A DNA stretch of 64,000 bases from an uncultured Planctomycetia bacterium (lineage in GTDB: Bacteria > Omnitrophota > Gorgyraeia > 1-14-0-20-64-10). Where the stretch lies: positions 13,695 through 77,694 of the forward strand of contig CAZQXN010000006.1 of assembly GCA_964597545.1 (NCBI GenBank), given 5' to 3'. The first letter of the stretch is position 1. Each line of letters begins with the position of its first letter. This document shows, in pieces, positions 38,852 to 47,702 of this stretch. Made by a program: the position numbers and the translations under genes. The notes below the pieces were generated by a model. It ran no database searches. It saw only the letters and a program-made list of their open reading frames with translations, and was not told where the DNA came from.

Positions 38852-40307
38852 GCGCATCACGATCGATCCGATTACCCGCCTGGAAGGTCACGGCAAGATC
38901 GACATTCTGCTTAATTCCAAAGGGGATGTGGAGAGGGCTTATTTTCAGGTTCCGGAGTTCAGGGGTTTTGAGAAATTCTCAGAGGGTAGAGCCGCCGAAG
39001 AGATGCCGGCCTTGACTCAGAAGATATGCGGCGTATGTCCTACCGCGCACCACACAGCCTCCTCCAAGGCGCTGGACGATCTCTTCAAGGTGGAGCCCCC
39101 GCCGGCTGCCAAGAAGATCAGAGAGCTGGTCTATAACGCCTTCATGTTTGAGGACCACCTGCTTCATTTCTATGTCTTGGGCGGCCCCGACTTTGTGGTG
39201 GGCCCCGACGCCCCCAAGACTGAGCGCAATATCTTAGGGGTCATCGGCAAGGTGGGGGTGGATATCGGTAAACAGGTCATCGATATCCGCAAACGGGTGC
39301 GGGGCATCATGACCCTTATCAGTGGCAGCCCCCTCTATCCGGTCAACGGCCTTCCCGGCGGGGTCTCAAAATCCCTGACTGAGGAGGACCGCTCCGCGAT
39401 CAAGGAAGTCGTTGACGACACCGTAGATTTTGCCAAGTTCACCTTGAAGATCTTTGAGGACATTGTTCTTAAGAACAAAGAATACGTCAGCCTCGTCACC
39501 GGCGATATCTATAAACATAAGACCTACTACATGGGGCTGGTGGATGAGAAGAACCGCGTCAACTTTTATGACGGCAAGGTCCGGGTTGTAGACCCTGACG
39601 GTCGGGAGTACGTGAAGTTTGAAGGTAAGGATTACTTAAAGCACTTGGAAGAGCGCGTTGAACCCTGGAGCTACTTGAAGCTCCTCTATCTTAAGGGGGT
39701 GGGATGGAAGGGTTTTGCAGACGGCAAGGACAACGGCGTCTATCGTGTCGCCCCCTTGGCCCGCCTCAATGCCTCTGACGGCATGGCGACCCCCTCGGCC
39801 CAGGCAGAATATGAGCGCATGTATGACACCTTAGGGGGAAAGCCGGTTCACAATACCCTCGCCTATCACTGGGCCAGGCTTGTTGAGGTGATGTATGCCG
39901 CTGAAAGGATGGGTGAGCTGGTGAACGACCCTGAGCTGACTGACCCCAAGGTCAGAAATATCCCCACCCAGGCACCCAGTGAAGGGGTGGGGGTGTGTGA
40001 GGCCCCTCGGGGAACCCTCTTCCATCACTATCAGACCGATTCCAACGCCATCATCCAAAAGACCAACTTGCTGGTTGCTACACAGAACAATGCTGCGGCA
40101 ATGTGCCTCTCCATTGAGAAGGCCGCCAAGGGGCTCATCAAACGCGGCAAGGCGGATGACGGTCTTCTCAACATGGTTGAGATGGCCTTTAGGGCCTACG
40201 ATCCCTGCCTTGCCTGCGCCACACATGCCATTGACGGCGGCCCCGCCCTTGAGATTGTCCTTCACAGCGCAGACGGCAAAGCCCACCAATCCATCAAGAA
40301 TTTCTGA
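38844..40307 (+). CDS. mvhA: [NiFe] group 3c hydrogenase large subunit
   Basis: TRLEGH, KICGVC and DPCLACATH plus a cleavable C-terminal tail. Confidence 0.92.
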   Translation: MSKRITIDPITRLEGHGKIDILLNSKGDVERAYFQVPEFRGFEKFSEGRAAEEMPALTQKICGVCPTAHHTASSKALDDLFKVEPPPAAKKIRELVYNAFMFEDHLLHFYVLGGPDFVVGPDAPKTERNILGVIGKVGVDIGKQVIDIRKRVRGIMTLISGSPLYPVNGLPGGVSKSLTEEDRSAIKEVVDDTVDFAKFTLKIFEDIVLKNKEYVSLVTGDIYKHKTYYMGLVDEKNRVNFYDGKVRVVDPDGREYVKFEGKDYLKHLEERVEPWSYLKLLYLKGVGWKGFADGKDNGVYRVAPLARLNASDGMATPSAQAEYERMYDTLGGKPVHNTLAYHWARLVEVMYAAERMGELVNDPELTDPKVRNIPTQAPSEGVGVCEAPRGTLFHHYQTDSNAIIQKTNLLVATQNNAAAMCLSIEKAAKGLIKRGKADDGLLNMVEMAFRAYDPCLACATHAIDGGPALEIVLHSADGKAHQSIKNF

Positions 40308-40361
40308 GCCGCTAAGTCAGGCGTCATCCTAACCCTCTGGAGGAAAAGGCATTGCCAATTC

Positions 40362-40420
40362 GTTAGTAGTAATACTATTTAGTTTGACCGCTTGTAATTT
40401 TACAAAAAACAAGGTAAACT
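40362..40420 (+). promoter_or_regulatory. GTTAGTA box plus sigma70-like promoter of giant gene 2
   Basis: GTTAGTA at 40362; TTGTAA-N17-TAAACT. Confidence 0.5.
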
Positions 40421-40448
40421 TATACCCACGACACGGAAAACTCCCCGA

Positions 40449-43400
40449 ATGAAGCACAACATACGCACCCTTCAACCGATAGCCGCACTTCTTGCCTTCA
40501 CGCTGGCCTGTCCGAACTCTGTCTATGCTATGCGACAGGAAGGGCCAGACTCCAAGACGGTTCGATCCGGCCTGGAAGAGGCTCTAAAAGCCGGTCCTGG
40601 CGCCACCCTGGAATACATAGAATACGGCGCCACACGCCTGACGCAAGCCCTCACCCCACCCAGCCCAGCCCCTCTATTCTCCGGCCAGGAGGAGGAGATG
40701 ACGAGCCGAACGGGCATCCACGCCGCTAAGTTCTATTTGTTGCCATTATTAGCGGAAGAGGGTTCAGTTAACACGCTAACCTATCCGGGTGGCACACCCC
40801 TTAATCTTAGACAGCTCCACAGTGATGCTGACACAGCGCTCACTATAGCCTTGATACGTGTCTTTGATGGACTAAGACTTCGTCAGGAAACAGGGGCGGT
40901 CGTAATAAGCATCGATAGAAAGACGAAGGTTGCCCACATAACGCAACTTTCCGCCGGCCAGGAGGAGGTGGAGACTATTTCCGAGCCGCTCAGACAATTC
41001 GCGAGCAACGATGAGGTGCTTGATATAGCCCTCTCCCCCGACGGCCAATTTATCGCTTCTGCAGGCTTGGATGGGACAGTTTGCCTCTGGAATGTCGGCA
41101 GTGGCGAGCCGGCTTGGAAGTACACAGGCCATACCAGCAAGGTGAATGCTGTGGACTTTTCCCCTGACGGTCGATATCTCGCTTCCGCAGGCCCAGACAG
41201 AGTTATCCGCATCCTGGATGCCGAGAATGGACGGGGGGTGCACTGGCTTAGGGGGCATTTCGATGAGGTGCTTGACGTGGACTTCTCCCCAAACAGCCGA
41301 ACCCTTGCCTCAACGAGCATGTTTGGGACGATTTACCTTTGGAGTGTTGAAAGCGGAAAGAAGTTCCGGGAGATTGGGCACCACAACGGTGTAGCGGTGA
41401 ATACCATCGATTTCTCCCCTGACGGGCGACACATTGTCTCAGGTAACATCCATGGAGATGTTGATCTCTGGAGTGTTGCCAGCGGCAGGATAGCTGGACA
41501 ATTCGAAGGGCACCACCTTGATGTACCTGTCGTGCTCTTTTCCTCTGACGGTCGATATCTTGCCACCGGAAGTAGTGACGACAGGACGGTTCGCCTCTGG
41601 GATGCTGAAAGCAGGCAAGAGCTTTGGCAGTCCAAAGCGGGAGAGCTCTTTAACGTAGCATTTTCCCCTGATAACCAACGTCTTGTCTCGACAAGCACCA
41701 ACGGGATGGTTCATCTTTGGGATGTTGCCAGCGGCAAGGAGCTGCGACGGTTTAAGGCGGGTACTCATAACATCTGGATGTTTGATGCGGTCTTCTCCCC
41801 TGACGGCCGGCAGATTATTACAGGGGATTCGGACAGCATGATTCGTGTCTGGCCGAGCGGCATGCACAGTGCCGGCCAGGAGGAATGGGTTGATATTACA
41901 GTTCCCATGTTGCAGCGCTTACATGCCAATAATCTGGTGCGGGTGGATGACCGGACTTTTCGCTTGGCCAGTAAAACTATGGATGGAACCTGGCAAGGCG
42001 CTGATGAAGAGAGCGGAGGCCCTCTGCAGCCCTTAAGCAAGGTAGATCTCCTCTCAGGGCAGGTGCTGCTTGAGGCCGGCCAAGAGGAGGGCAAGGTGGT
42101 TATGCGTACTCTCCGGCGACTTCAGGCTGCCTACGCGAGTCTTGGCAGCGCCACGGACAGCGGATCCCCTCTGCCGGCAGACGCGCAGGAAGCAACAAGG
42201 GCGGCGTACGAGCAGGTCCTGCAAGATGTCTACCGCTTAGCCAGGCCTGGCGTTGACGCGGGAACAATCGATCAGGCGTGGAATGGGTACAAAAGAGTGG
42301 CTGAGACAGTTCGGTCAGACACATTTTCCGGAACGTCTACCGAAGGCCTTGCTCTGTTGACCGGAGAGTTGAAAAACGTTGCCGCATTGCTGCAAGAGTC
42401 CGAAGATACCGCCGGCCAGGAGGAGGGGCAGGGGGATGTGGTGCAGAGTAACCTCTCTGCTCATGAGGCAGGCGAGCTTCTTGCCAAGGCGCTCAGCCCA
42501 ACCCTGTTCCATTTGCTTCGGTTGGGGCGTCAATACCGGGATGTGCAAATGCCTGATAATCAGCCGCTGACGTATACAACCCCAGCTCTCTTTGCGTCCG
42601 CGGTTTTCACAACGCTAGAGAGGATCAAAGCCAACGGCAGATGGACGGTTACCTTCCCAGCCCAAGGCGAGATCGCTGTGGTGACTGCGCATGAGGAGGC
42701 TGTTGGCCAGGAGGAGACGGTCGCGCCCCCTGAGGACTGGGACCGGATAGGAACTATCCGTACCGACTCAGATATTACCAACCTTCTGGCTCAGCGCGGA
42801 TATGGCCTTCTTTCCCCGGACGGAGACCCCTATCAGTATGTATCACATGATAAGCAACAGGTAGACATCGCCCCTTCGCTTTCCGATTCTTCATTAGGAG
42901 ATTCTTTCGGAAAACCCCGAGCTGAGTTTGAAGGGTGGCACGTTTATTCTTCGCTTCTATCAGCGCGGAAAGCTGCACAAAGAATTCGCCACGCCCGCCG
43001 GGAACAATCCTCCGGCCAAGAGGAGGGAACTGTAGCTGAGGCCTTGGTTTCCGAGAGCCGAGATCAGCCTCTTCCTCCGGAGAAAGTCATCGAGGCGATC
43101 TTGGGAGAATTGAATGAGTCGAGAGAAGTTGGGATTCGCTTCATTTGGGATAGCAACTTTGACTTTGGGATTGTTGATGAAACCCAGCCTCTTCATGATT
43201 TTGTGCATCTCAAATTTCTTCCTCGGATAGGACCTTCAGACCCAGTCCCATACGATGAGATCCGTCGGGTTGTTCCGGTCGGTCGATACATTGCGCTTCT
43301 TTCGAAAGCTGCTCAATCTGAGTTGAAAGCTACAGTTGAAGTCGCTAGGTACTCCCCCACAACCGGGCAGCTTGTTCGATTCAGCGGAGATCTTGACCAT

Positions 43401-45326
43401 TTTCACTTCGAGGGCGTCGGAGACACTCTCTTGAGAGTTCAACTTTCGGAGAGTGTCGCTGCAGCCGCAGAAGAAGCGCTTTCAGAGCGTTTTCCAGGAG
43501 ATGCCGTTTATGTTCGATTAAAGGAGGTTAGCCGCCTGGAAGTCCACGGTTTCCTGGAGGAGGACCCTCGCGGGGTGTTGGCACAGCAGTTTGGTCGACC
43601 TCAGTTAGATGCTGCCACTGACGAAGCATGGCGTTTCTTGAATCATCGAGATGATGCAAGCGATGCGCAGCTCAAGAGAGTTACCCTGGATTTTGTGCAC
43701 AGGCTTGAAACACCAGACAACATTGCGTTGTTCCAATTGCCGAGAGCAGATGAAGCAGCCATTCGATATCGTATCCGTAGATTCCAGATAAAATCTCCTT
43801 TTAGCGCAGTTAACCTCGATAAGGTTATCCTAGATGACAAAAGAGCAGTTGTCATTACGCCTGTGTTCAACCTGCCGTCTGCCTCCGGCCAGGAGGAGAG
43901 CCAGCCCGGCGTTGTCTCTGAGGAGTTGATGGGCACCCTCGCACGCGAGGGTTGGAACAAAGTTGCAAAACAGTGGGTAGCCCTCAATCGCGATGACGGC
44001 CTTACTCTCATGGATGCGCTCATTCGCGTTAACCCCGAAGGACAGGTTATCCTTTTAGGAAAGGAATTCTGGCAGCGTAACATCCCAGATACGATTGATG
44101 TCGAACGCGCTAGATCCATTGCGAGCGGATCGATCGGAAGGCAAGCAATCACAAGCGCAGTGGCAGTTGCTCCACAAGGGGTGGTTGTCCTTCAGGTCGA
44201 TCAGATGGGGGCATATGACGGTGTGACATACGAAGCGCTGGTCAGCGAGCGTACCGTCCCCATCACTGCTGAGGTCCGCCGCCTTGCCGGCCTTCCCCCA
44301 GCCGGCCAGGAGGAGGAGGATTTGATCGGGATTATCCGCGATGATCAAGATATCAATGACTTGCTCCAGCGCGGTTTTGGCCTGCTCTCTCCGGAGGGAG
44401 CCCCTTATGAATATTTATCACAGGATATTCGAAGAATAATAATCTTTCCTGTGGTTGGCGGGTCGATAGGAACTCCTTTCGGGAAACCCCGGTCTGAAGT
44501 TATAGGGTGGAGTGTTTATCCTTCGCTCAAAGCAGCGCTTGCAGCTAGTCAAAAAATAGCTCACGCTCGTTGGGGGCAATCTGCCGGCCAGGAGGAGAAT
44601 ATGACGACACGCACGGGCACTGTCGCCACTGTCTCCTATTTACTTGGCTTTGCGCACGATGGTTCTCTTGACACGCTGACTTATCCCGGCGGCAGATCCA
44701 TCAGGCTGGACAGTATCAGCGATGATCCTAATAGAGCGGTTCCCGTAGCTGTGACAAGAGTCTTTAGCGCGCTGGATCTTGATCCGCATAGGGCAATGGT
44801 CGCAATGAACATTGACGAAAGCGCGAAGACGGCTTACATAGTGCCAGAGGGCGGTCAGGAGGAAGCCTCTCTCGCAACTGCATTGGCTCCCTTTGCCAAC
44901 GCCCTAGCGCCAACTCACCCCGGGGTTTTAGTGCTTACTAATTCAGGCCTTGAGGAAAACCCAAGCCTCCTCGGCCTAGCCGCACACCCTGCTTTTGCTC
45001 AACGGATGGCGGTCTTTGCCACCCTCGCTGCCGTACAGCGCCAGCAGCTTCAAGCCGCAGGTGTTCAGGTTCTTGATGAGAACGATTTCTGGGGCCTGGT
45101 GGTAACGCTCCATGGCATGGACGAGGCCGAACGCGTGACTGTTCTTGAACAAGCCGGAACCCTTGCCAATGAACTTAGGAAAGAGCTGCCCCCTTCCGTT
45201 ACGGTTCATTTCCAGCCCATTGGCGCCACAGTCCGCGCCATTCTCTCAGCCTTCCTCCCTGAAGGAGAACTGGATCGGTTTGACGCTGAGGCATTCGGCG
45301 TCCTAGCACAACTGCTCGCTGCGTAA
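40449..45326 (+). CDS. Giant modular secreted protein 2 (xG(L/Q)EE-delimited; WD40 and unknown modules)
   Basis: Signal peptide ending VYA-MR; 13 linkers; WD40 module at 40968..41870. Confidence 0.85.
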   Translation: MKHNIRTLQPIAALLAFTLACPNSVYAMRQEGPDSKTVRSGLEEALKAGPGATLEYIEYGATRLTQALTPPSPAPLFSGQEEEMTSRTGIHAAKFYLLPLLAEEGSVNTLTYPGGTPLNLRQLHSDADTALTIALIRVFDGLRLRQETGAVVISIDRKTKVAHITQLSAGQEEVETISEPLRQFASNDEVLDIALSPDGQFIASAGLDGTVCLWNVGSGEPAWKYTGHTSKVNAVDFSPDGRYLASAGPDRVIRILDAENGRGVHWLRGHFDEVLDVDFSPNSRTLASTSMFGTIYLWSVESGKKFREIGHHNGVAVNTIDFSPDGRHIVSGNIHGDVDLWSVASGRIAGQFEGHHLDVPVVLFSSDGRYLATGSSDDRTVRLWDAESRQELWQSKAGELFNVAFSPDNQRLVSTSTNGMVHLWDVASGKELRRFKAGTHNIWMFDAVFSPDGRQIITGDSDSMIRVWPSGMHSAGQEEWVDITVPMLQRLHANNLVRVDDRTFRLASKTMDGTWQGADEESGGPLQPLSKVDLLSGQVLLEAGQEEGKVVMRTLRRLQAAYASLGSATDSGSPLPADAQEATRAAYEQVLQDVYRLARPGVDAGTIDQAWNGYKRVAETVRSDTFSGTSTEGLALLTGELKNVAALLQESEDTAGQEEGQGDVVQSNLSAHEAGELLAKALSPTLFHLLRLGRQYRDVQMPDNQPLTYTTPALFASAVFTTLERIKANGRWTVTFPAQGEIAVVTAHEEAVGQEETVAPPEDWDRIGTIRTDSDITNLLAQRGYGLLSPDGDPYQYVSHDKQQVDIAPSLSDSSLGDSFGKPRAEFEGWHVYSSLLSARKAAQRIRHARREQSSGQEEGTVAEALVSESRDQPLPPEKVIEAILGELNESREVGIRFIWDSNFDFGIVDETQPLHDFVHLKFLPRIGPSDPVPYDEIRRVVPVGRYIALLSKAAQSELKATVEVARYSPTTGQLVRFSGDLDHFHFEGVGDTLLRVQLSESVAAAAEEALSERFPGDAVYVRLKEVSRLEVHGFLEEDPRGVLAQQFGRPQLDAATDEAWRFLNHRDDASDAQLKRVTLDFVHRLETPDNIALFQLPRADEAAIRYRIRRFQIKSPFSAVNLDKVILDDKRAVVITPVFNLPSASGQEESQPGVVSEELMGTLAREGWNKVAKQWVALNRDDGLTLMDALIRVNPEGQVILLGKEFWQRNIPDTIDVERARSIASGSIGRQAITSAVAVAPQGVVVLQVDQMGAYDGVTYEALVSERTVPITAEVRRLAGLPPAGQEEEDLIGIIRDDQDINDLLQRGFGLLSPEGAPYEYLSQDIRRIIIFPVVGGSIGTPFGKPRSEVIGWSVYPSLKAALAASQKIAHARWGQSAGQEENMTTRTGTVATVSYLLGFAHDGSLDTLTYPGGRSIRLDSISDDPNRAVPVAVTRVFSALDLDPHRAMVAMNIDESAKTAYIVPEGGQEEASLATALAPFANALAPTHPGVLVLTNSGLEENPSLLGLAAHPAFAQRMAVFATLAAVQRQQLQAAGVQVLDENDFWGLVVTLHGMDEAERVTVLEQAGTLANELRKELPPSVTVHFQPIGATVRAILSAFLPEGELDRFDAEAFGVLAQLLAA

Positions 45327-45344
45327 CCCCCGCTCAAAACCTAA

Positions 45345-45414
45345 AATCGGTACCAGGTACCAAAAGCGAAGATCGGTACCAGGTACCAAGAGCAAAAATC
45401 GGTACCTGGTACCG
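45345..45414. repeat. GGTACCWGGTACC palindrome cluster (3 copies)
   Basis: ATCGGTACCAGGTACC twice and ATCGGTACCTGGTACC once. Confidence 0.8.
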
Positions 45415-45933
45415 TTAGTTTTTCCCTGCCTGGAATCCGATCTGTTTGCGAGCCGGCGGCTTATGGGTTTCTTCCATGAGTTTTCTGATGGCGTCAAATA
45501 CTACCTTGAATTGGGTGTCGTATTTTTTCTCCAAAGCGGCCAGACGGCGGGCCAGTTCTTTGTTGCTGGCCAGCATGGAACGGAGCTTCACAAACGTTCG
45601 CATGATGGCAATGTTGACCTGGACAGCTCGCTTGCTGCGGAGCACACTGGAGAGCATAGCTACTCCCTGCTCCGTGAAAGCATAGGGTTTTGCTCGTCGA
45701 ATGCCACCCCAGCTTGAAGTCACAAATTGTGACTTCAAGATTGAAAACTCCTTCTTGTTCAGTTGAAACATGAAATCCTTAGGGAATCGCTCCTTATTGC
45801 GCTTGACGGCCTGTATTAGGATTTTGGGTATCACACCGTACATATCAGCCAGGTCAGGGCTAAGCATTACTTTGTGGCCTCGCAGGAGGTAGATCTGTCT
45901 CTCGATTCGCTCTGATGGGATAAGCTGGCTCAT
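45415..45933 (-). CDS. ORF6N-domain DNA-binding protein
   Basis: RGHKVML..DLA.MY, RFP.DFMFQL and [16 protein letters not shown] motifs. Confidence 0.92.
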   Translation of the reverse strand: MSQLIPSERIERQIYLLRGHKVMLSPDLADMYGVIPKILIQAVKRNKERFPKDFMFQLNKKEFSILKSQFVTSSWGGIRRAKPYAFTEQGVAMLSSVLRSKRAVQVNIAIMRTFVKLRSMLASNKELARRLAALEKKYDTQFKVVFDAIRKLMEETHKPPARKQIGFQAGKN

Positions 45934-46009
45934 GGGGTTGCCTCTTTCGTTATGTCCGATACTATTTGTATAAGGGATAATATAGCATTATATGCAAACA
46001 GACAACACC

Positions 46010-46130
46010 AAACCTAACATCGGTATCGGGTACCAAACCTTATACCAAGGGGTCAGACCCTTTCGTACAGCGTGTACGGGGCAGCCGCGTACGAAAAGGT
46101 CAGACCCTAGAAAGCGGTACCTGGTACCAA
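46010..46130. repeat. Composite REP-like element (GGTACC palindromes flanking GGTCAGACCC pair)
   Basis: GGTATCGGGTACC ... GGGTCAGACCC-TTTCGTAC...GTACGAAA-AGGTCAGACCC ... GGTACCTGGTACC. Confidence 0.65.
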
Positions 46131-46236
46131 GGTTTTGTGAGATAATGCAGTCGGTTCGGAGAGCAGTATTCCCTGCACCACACCGCAAAAATCGTAACCA
46201 ATACAACGGGTATCGTCTACCTACTTAAGGGGCTGG

Positions 46237-46827
46237 ATGAAGGTCAAGGGGATCATCAAGTACGAGTCTGAGCGGGATCCGGAGTTTTCGCGCTGGATCA
46301 CCGGTGTCATGGGCGCTGAGAATATCCAGCACTGCATTCAGTGCGGCATGTGCAGCGCCGCCTGCCCCCTTGCTCCCTATATGCAGCACACCCCCCGCCA
46401 GTTGATTCAGCTCGCCCGCGAGGGTTTCAAGGAAGAGGTCCTCAAAAGCTCCACCTTCTGGTTCTGCTCAAGCTGCTATGCCTGTGCGGTGGAGTGCCCC
46501 AAAGAGATCAAGGTGACAGAGGTGATGTATGCCTTGAAGCGCCGGGCGATGGAGGAGAAGATCCACCCCAAGCGCGCTTCCATTCCGGTGATGGCAAAGG
46601 AATTTGCCCGGATGGTCTACAAGCGGGGTCGCGTCACCGAGACGGAGTTGATGACCCTGTTGATGCTCAAGACCAACCCCCTCAGGTTCTTTAAGATGTC
46701 TCGGCTCGGCCGCAAGCTCATGAGGACCGGTCGCTTCTCCTTAAAGCGTGAGAAGATCCAAGCCCGCGGGCAACTCAAGAAGATGCTCGATTCCGCCCCC
46801 TCCTGCCGGAAAGAGGAAAAGTCATGA
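46237..46827 (+). CDS. hdrC: Heterodisulfide reductase subunit C
   Basis: CIQCGMCSAACP and CSSCYACAVECP. Confidence 0.9.
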   Translation: MKVKGIIKYESERDPEFSRWITGVMGAENIQHCIQCGMCSAACPLAPYMQHTPRQLIQLAREGFKEEVLKSSTFWFCSSCYACAVECPKEIKVTEVMYALKRRAMEEKIHPKRASIPVMAKEFARMVYKRGRVTETELMTLLMLKTNPLRFFKMSRLGRKLMRTGRFSLKREKIQARGQLKKMLDSAPSCRKEEKS

Positions 46828-47702
46828 AGTACCTCTATTACCCCGGCTGCTCTCTTAAGGGGACCGGCATGGCCTATGAGGAGTCGATTCTGGAGGTCTT
46901 CAAAATCCTTGGGGTGGAGATCGAGGAGATTAAGGATTGGAACTGCTGCGGTGCGACCGCCTACATGTCGGTGGATGATTCCCAGGCATTGATCTTGGCC
47001 AGCCGCAACTTTGCCATGGCTGAGGGCAGGGGGGAGGATGTGGTGGCTCCCTGCAGCGCTTGCTATCTCACCTTAAGCAAGGCAAACCGGAGATTCCAGG
47101 AGTCACCTCAGTGCCGAGAGAAGGTTGAGCATGCGCTGGAGGAGGCAGGCTTAAAGTATCAGGGCAAGCTCAAGATCCGCCATCCGTTAGATATCCTCTT
47201 TCATGACATCACCCCGCAGGCCATCGCTAAGCACGTGAAGAAGCCGCTCAAAGGTTTTAAGGTGGCCCCTTACTACGGCTGCCAGGTGGTGCGTCCTTAT
47301 GCAACCTTTGATGACCAGTTCCATCCGATGACCATGGACAAGATCTTGTCCGCCCTCGGAGCCGAGGTGGTGCCGTACTCCTTAAAGACCAAATGCTGCA
47401 GCGGTTCTCAAGGCGGTGCGATGCCTGAGGTGACCTATGAGCTGGTCCATGCCCTGCTCAGGGAGGCCAGGCGGGTGGGCGCCAATGCCATGGCTACGGT
47501 CTGTCCGCTCTGCCAGTTTAATCTGGAAGGTTTTCAGGATGAGATCCGGGAGCGGATCGAGGATGTCCGGCTGCCGGTGCTGTACCTGCCGCAGTTGATG
47601 GGCTTGGCCTTTGGTCTGGATGAGAAGAAGCTTGGTATTCAGAGGAATTTTAGCTCGATCCAATCGATCCTGGCCGCCCAGAAGGCAGAGGCCAAGGCAT
47701 GA
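46824..47702 (+). CDS. hdrB: Heterodisulfide reductase subunit B
   Basis: YYPGC, WNCCG, YYGC and CPLC motifs. Confidence 0.93.
   Translation: MKYLYYPGCSLKGTGMAYEESILEVFKILGVEIEEIKDWNCCGATAYMSVDDSQALILASRNFAMAEGRGEDVVAPCSACYLTLSKANRRFQESPQCREKVEHALEEAGLKYQGKLKIRHPLDILFHDITPQAIAKHVKKPLKGFKVAPYYGCQVVRPYATFDDQFHPMTMDKILSALGAEVVPYSLKTKCCSGSQGGAMPEVTYELVHALLREARRVGANAMATVCPLCQFNLEGFQDEIRERIEDVRLPVLYLPQLMGLAFGLDEKKLGIQRNFSSIQSILAAQKAEAKA

Noticed and set aside
45310-45326. C-terminal LAA of giant protein 2 as an ssrA-like degron
   Set aside because: Single occurrence, not shared by the other two family members, and the protein carries a signal peptide
45345-45414. GGTACC repeats as a mini-CRISPR
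   Set aside because: Units are about 16 nt with roughly 10-nt gaps and only 2-3 copies; fits REP-like palindromes
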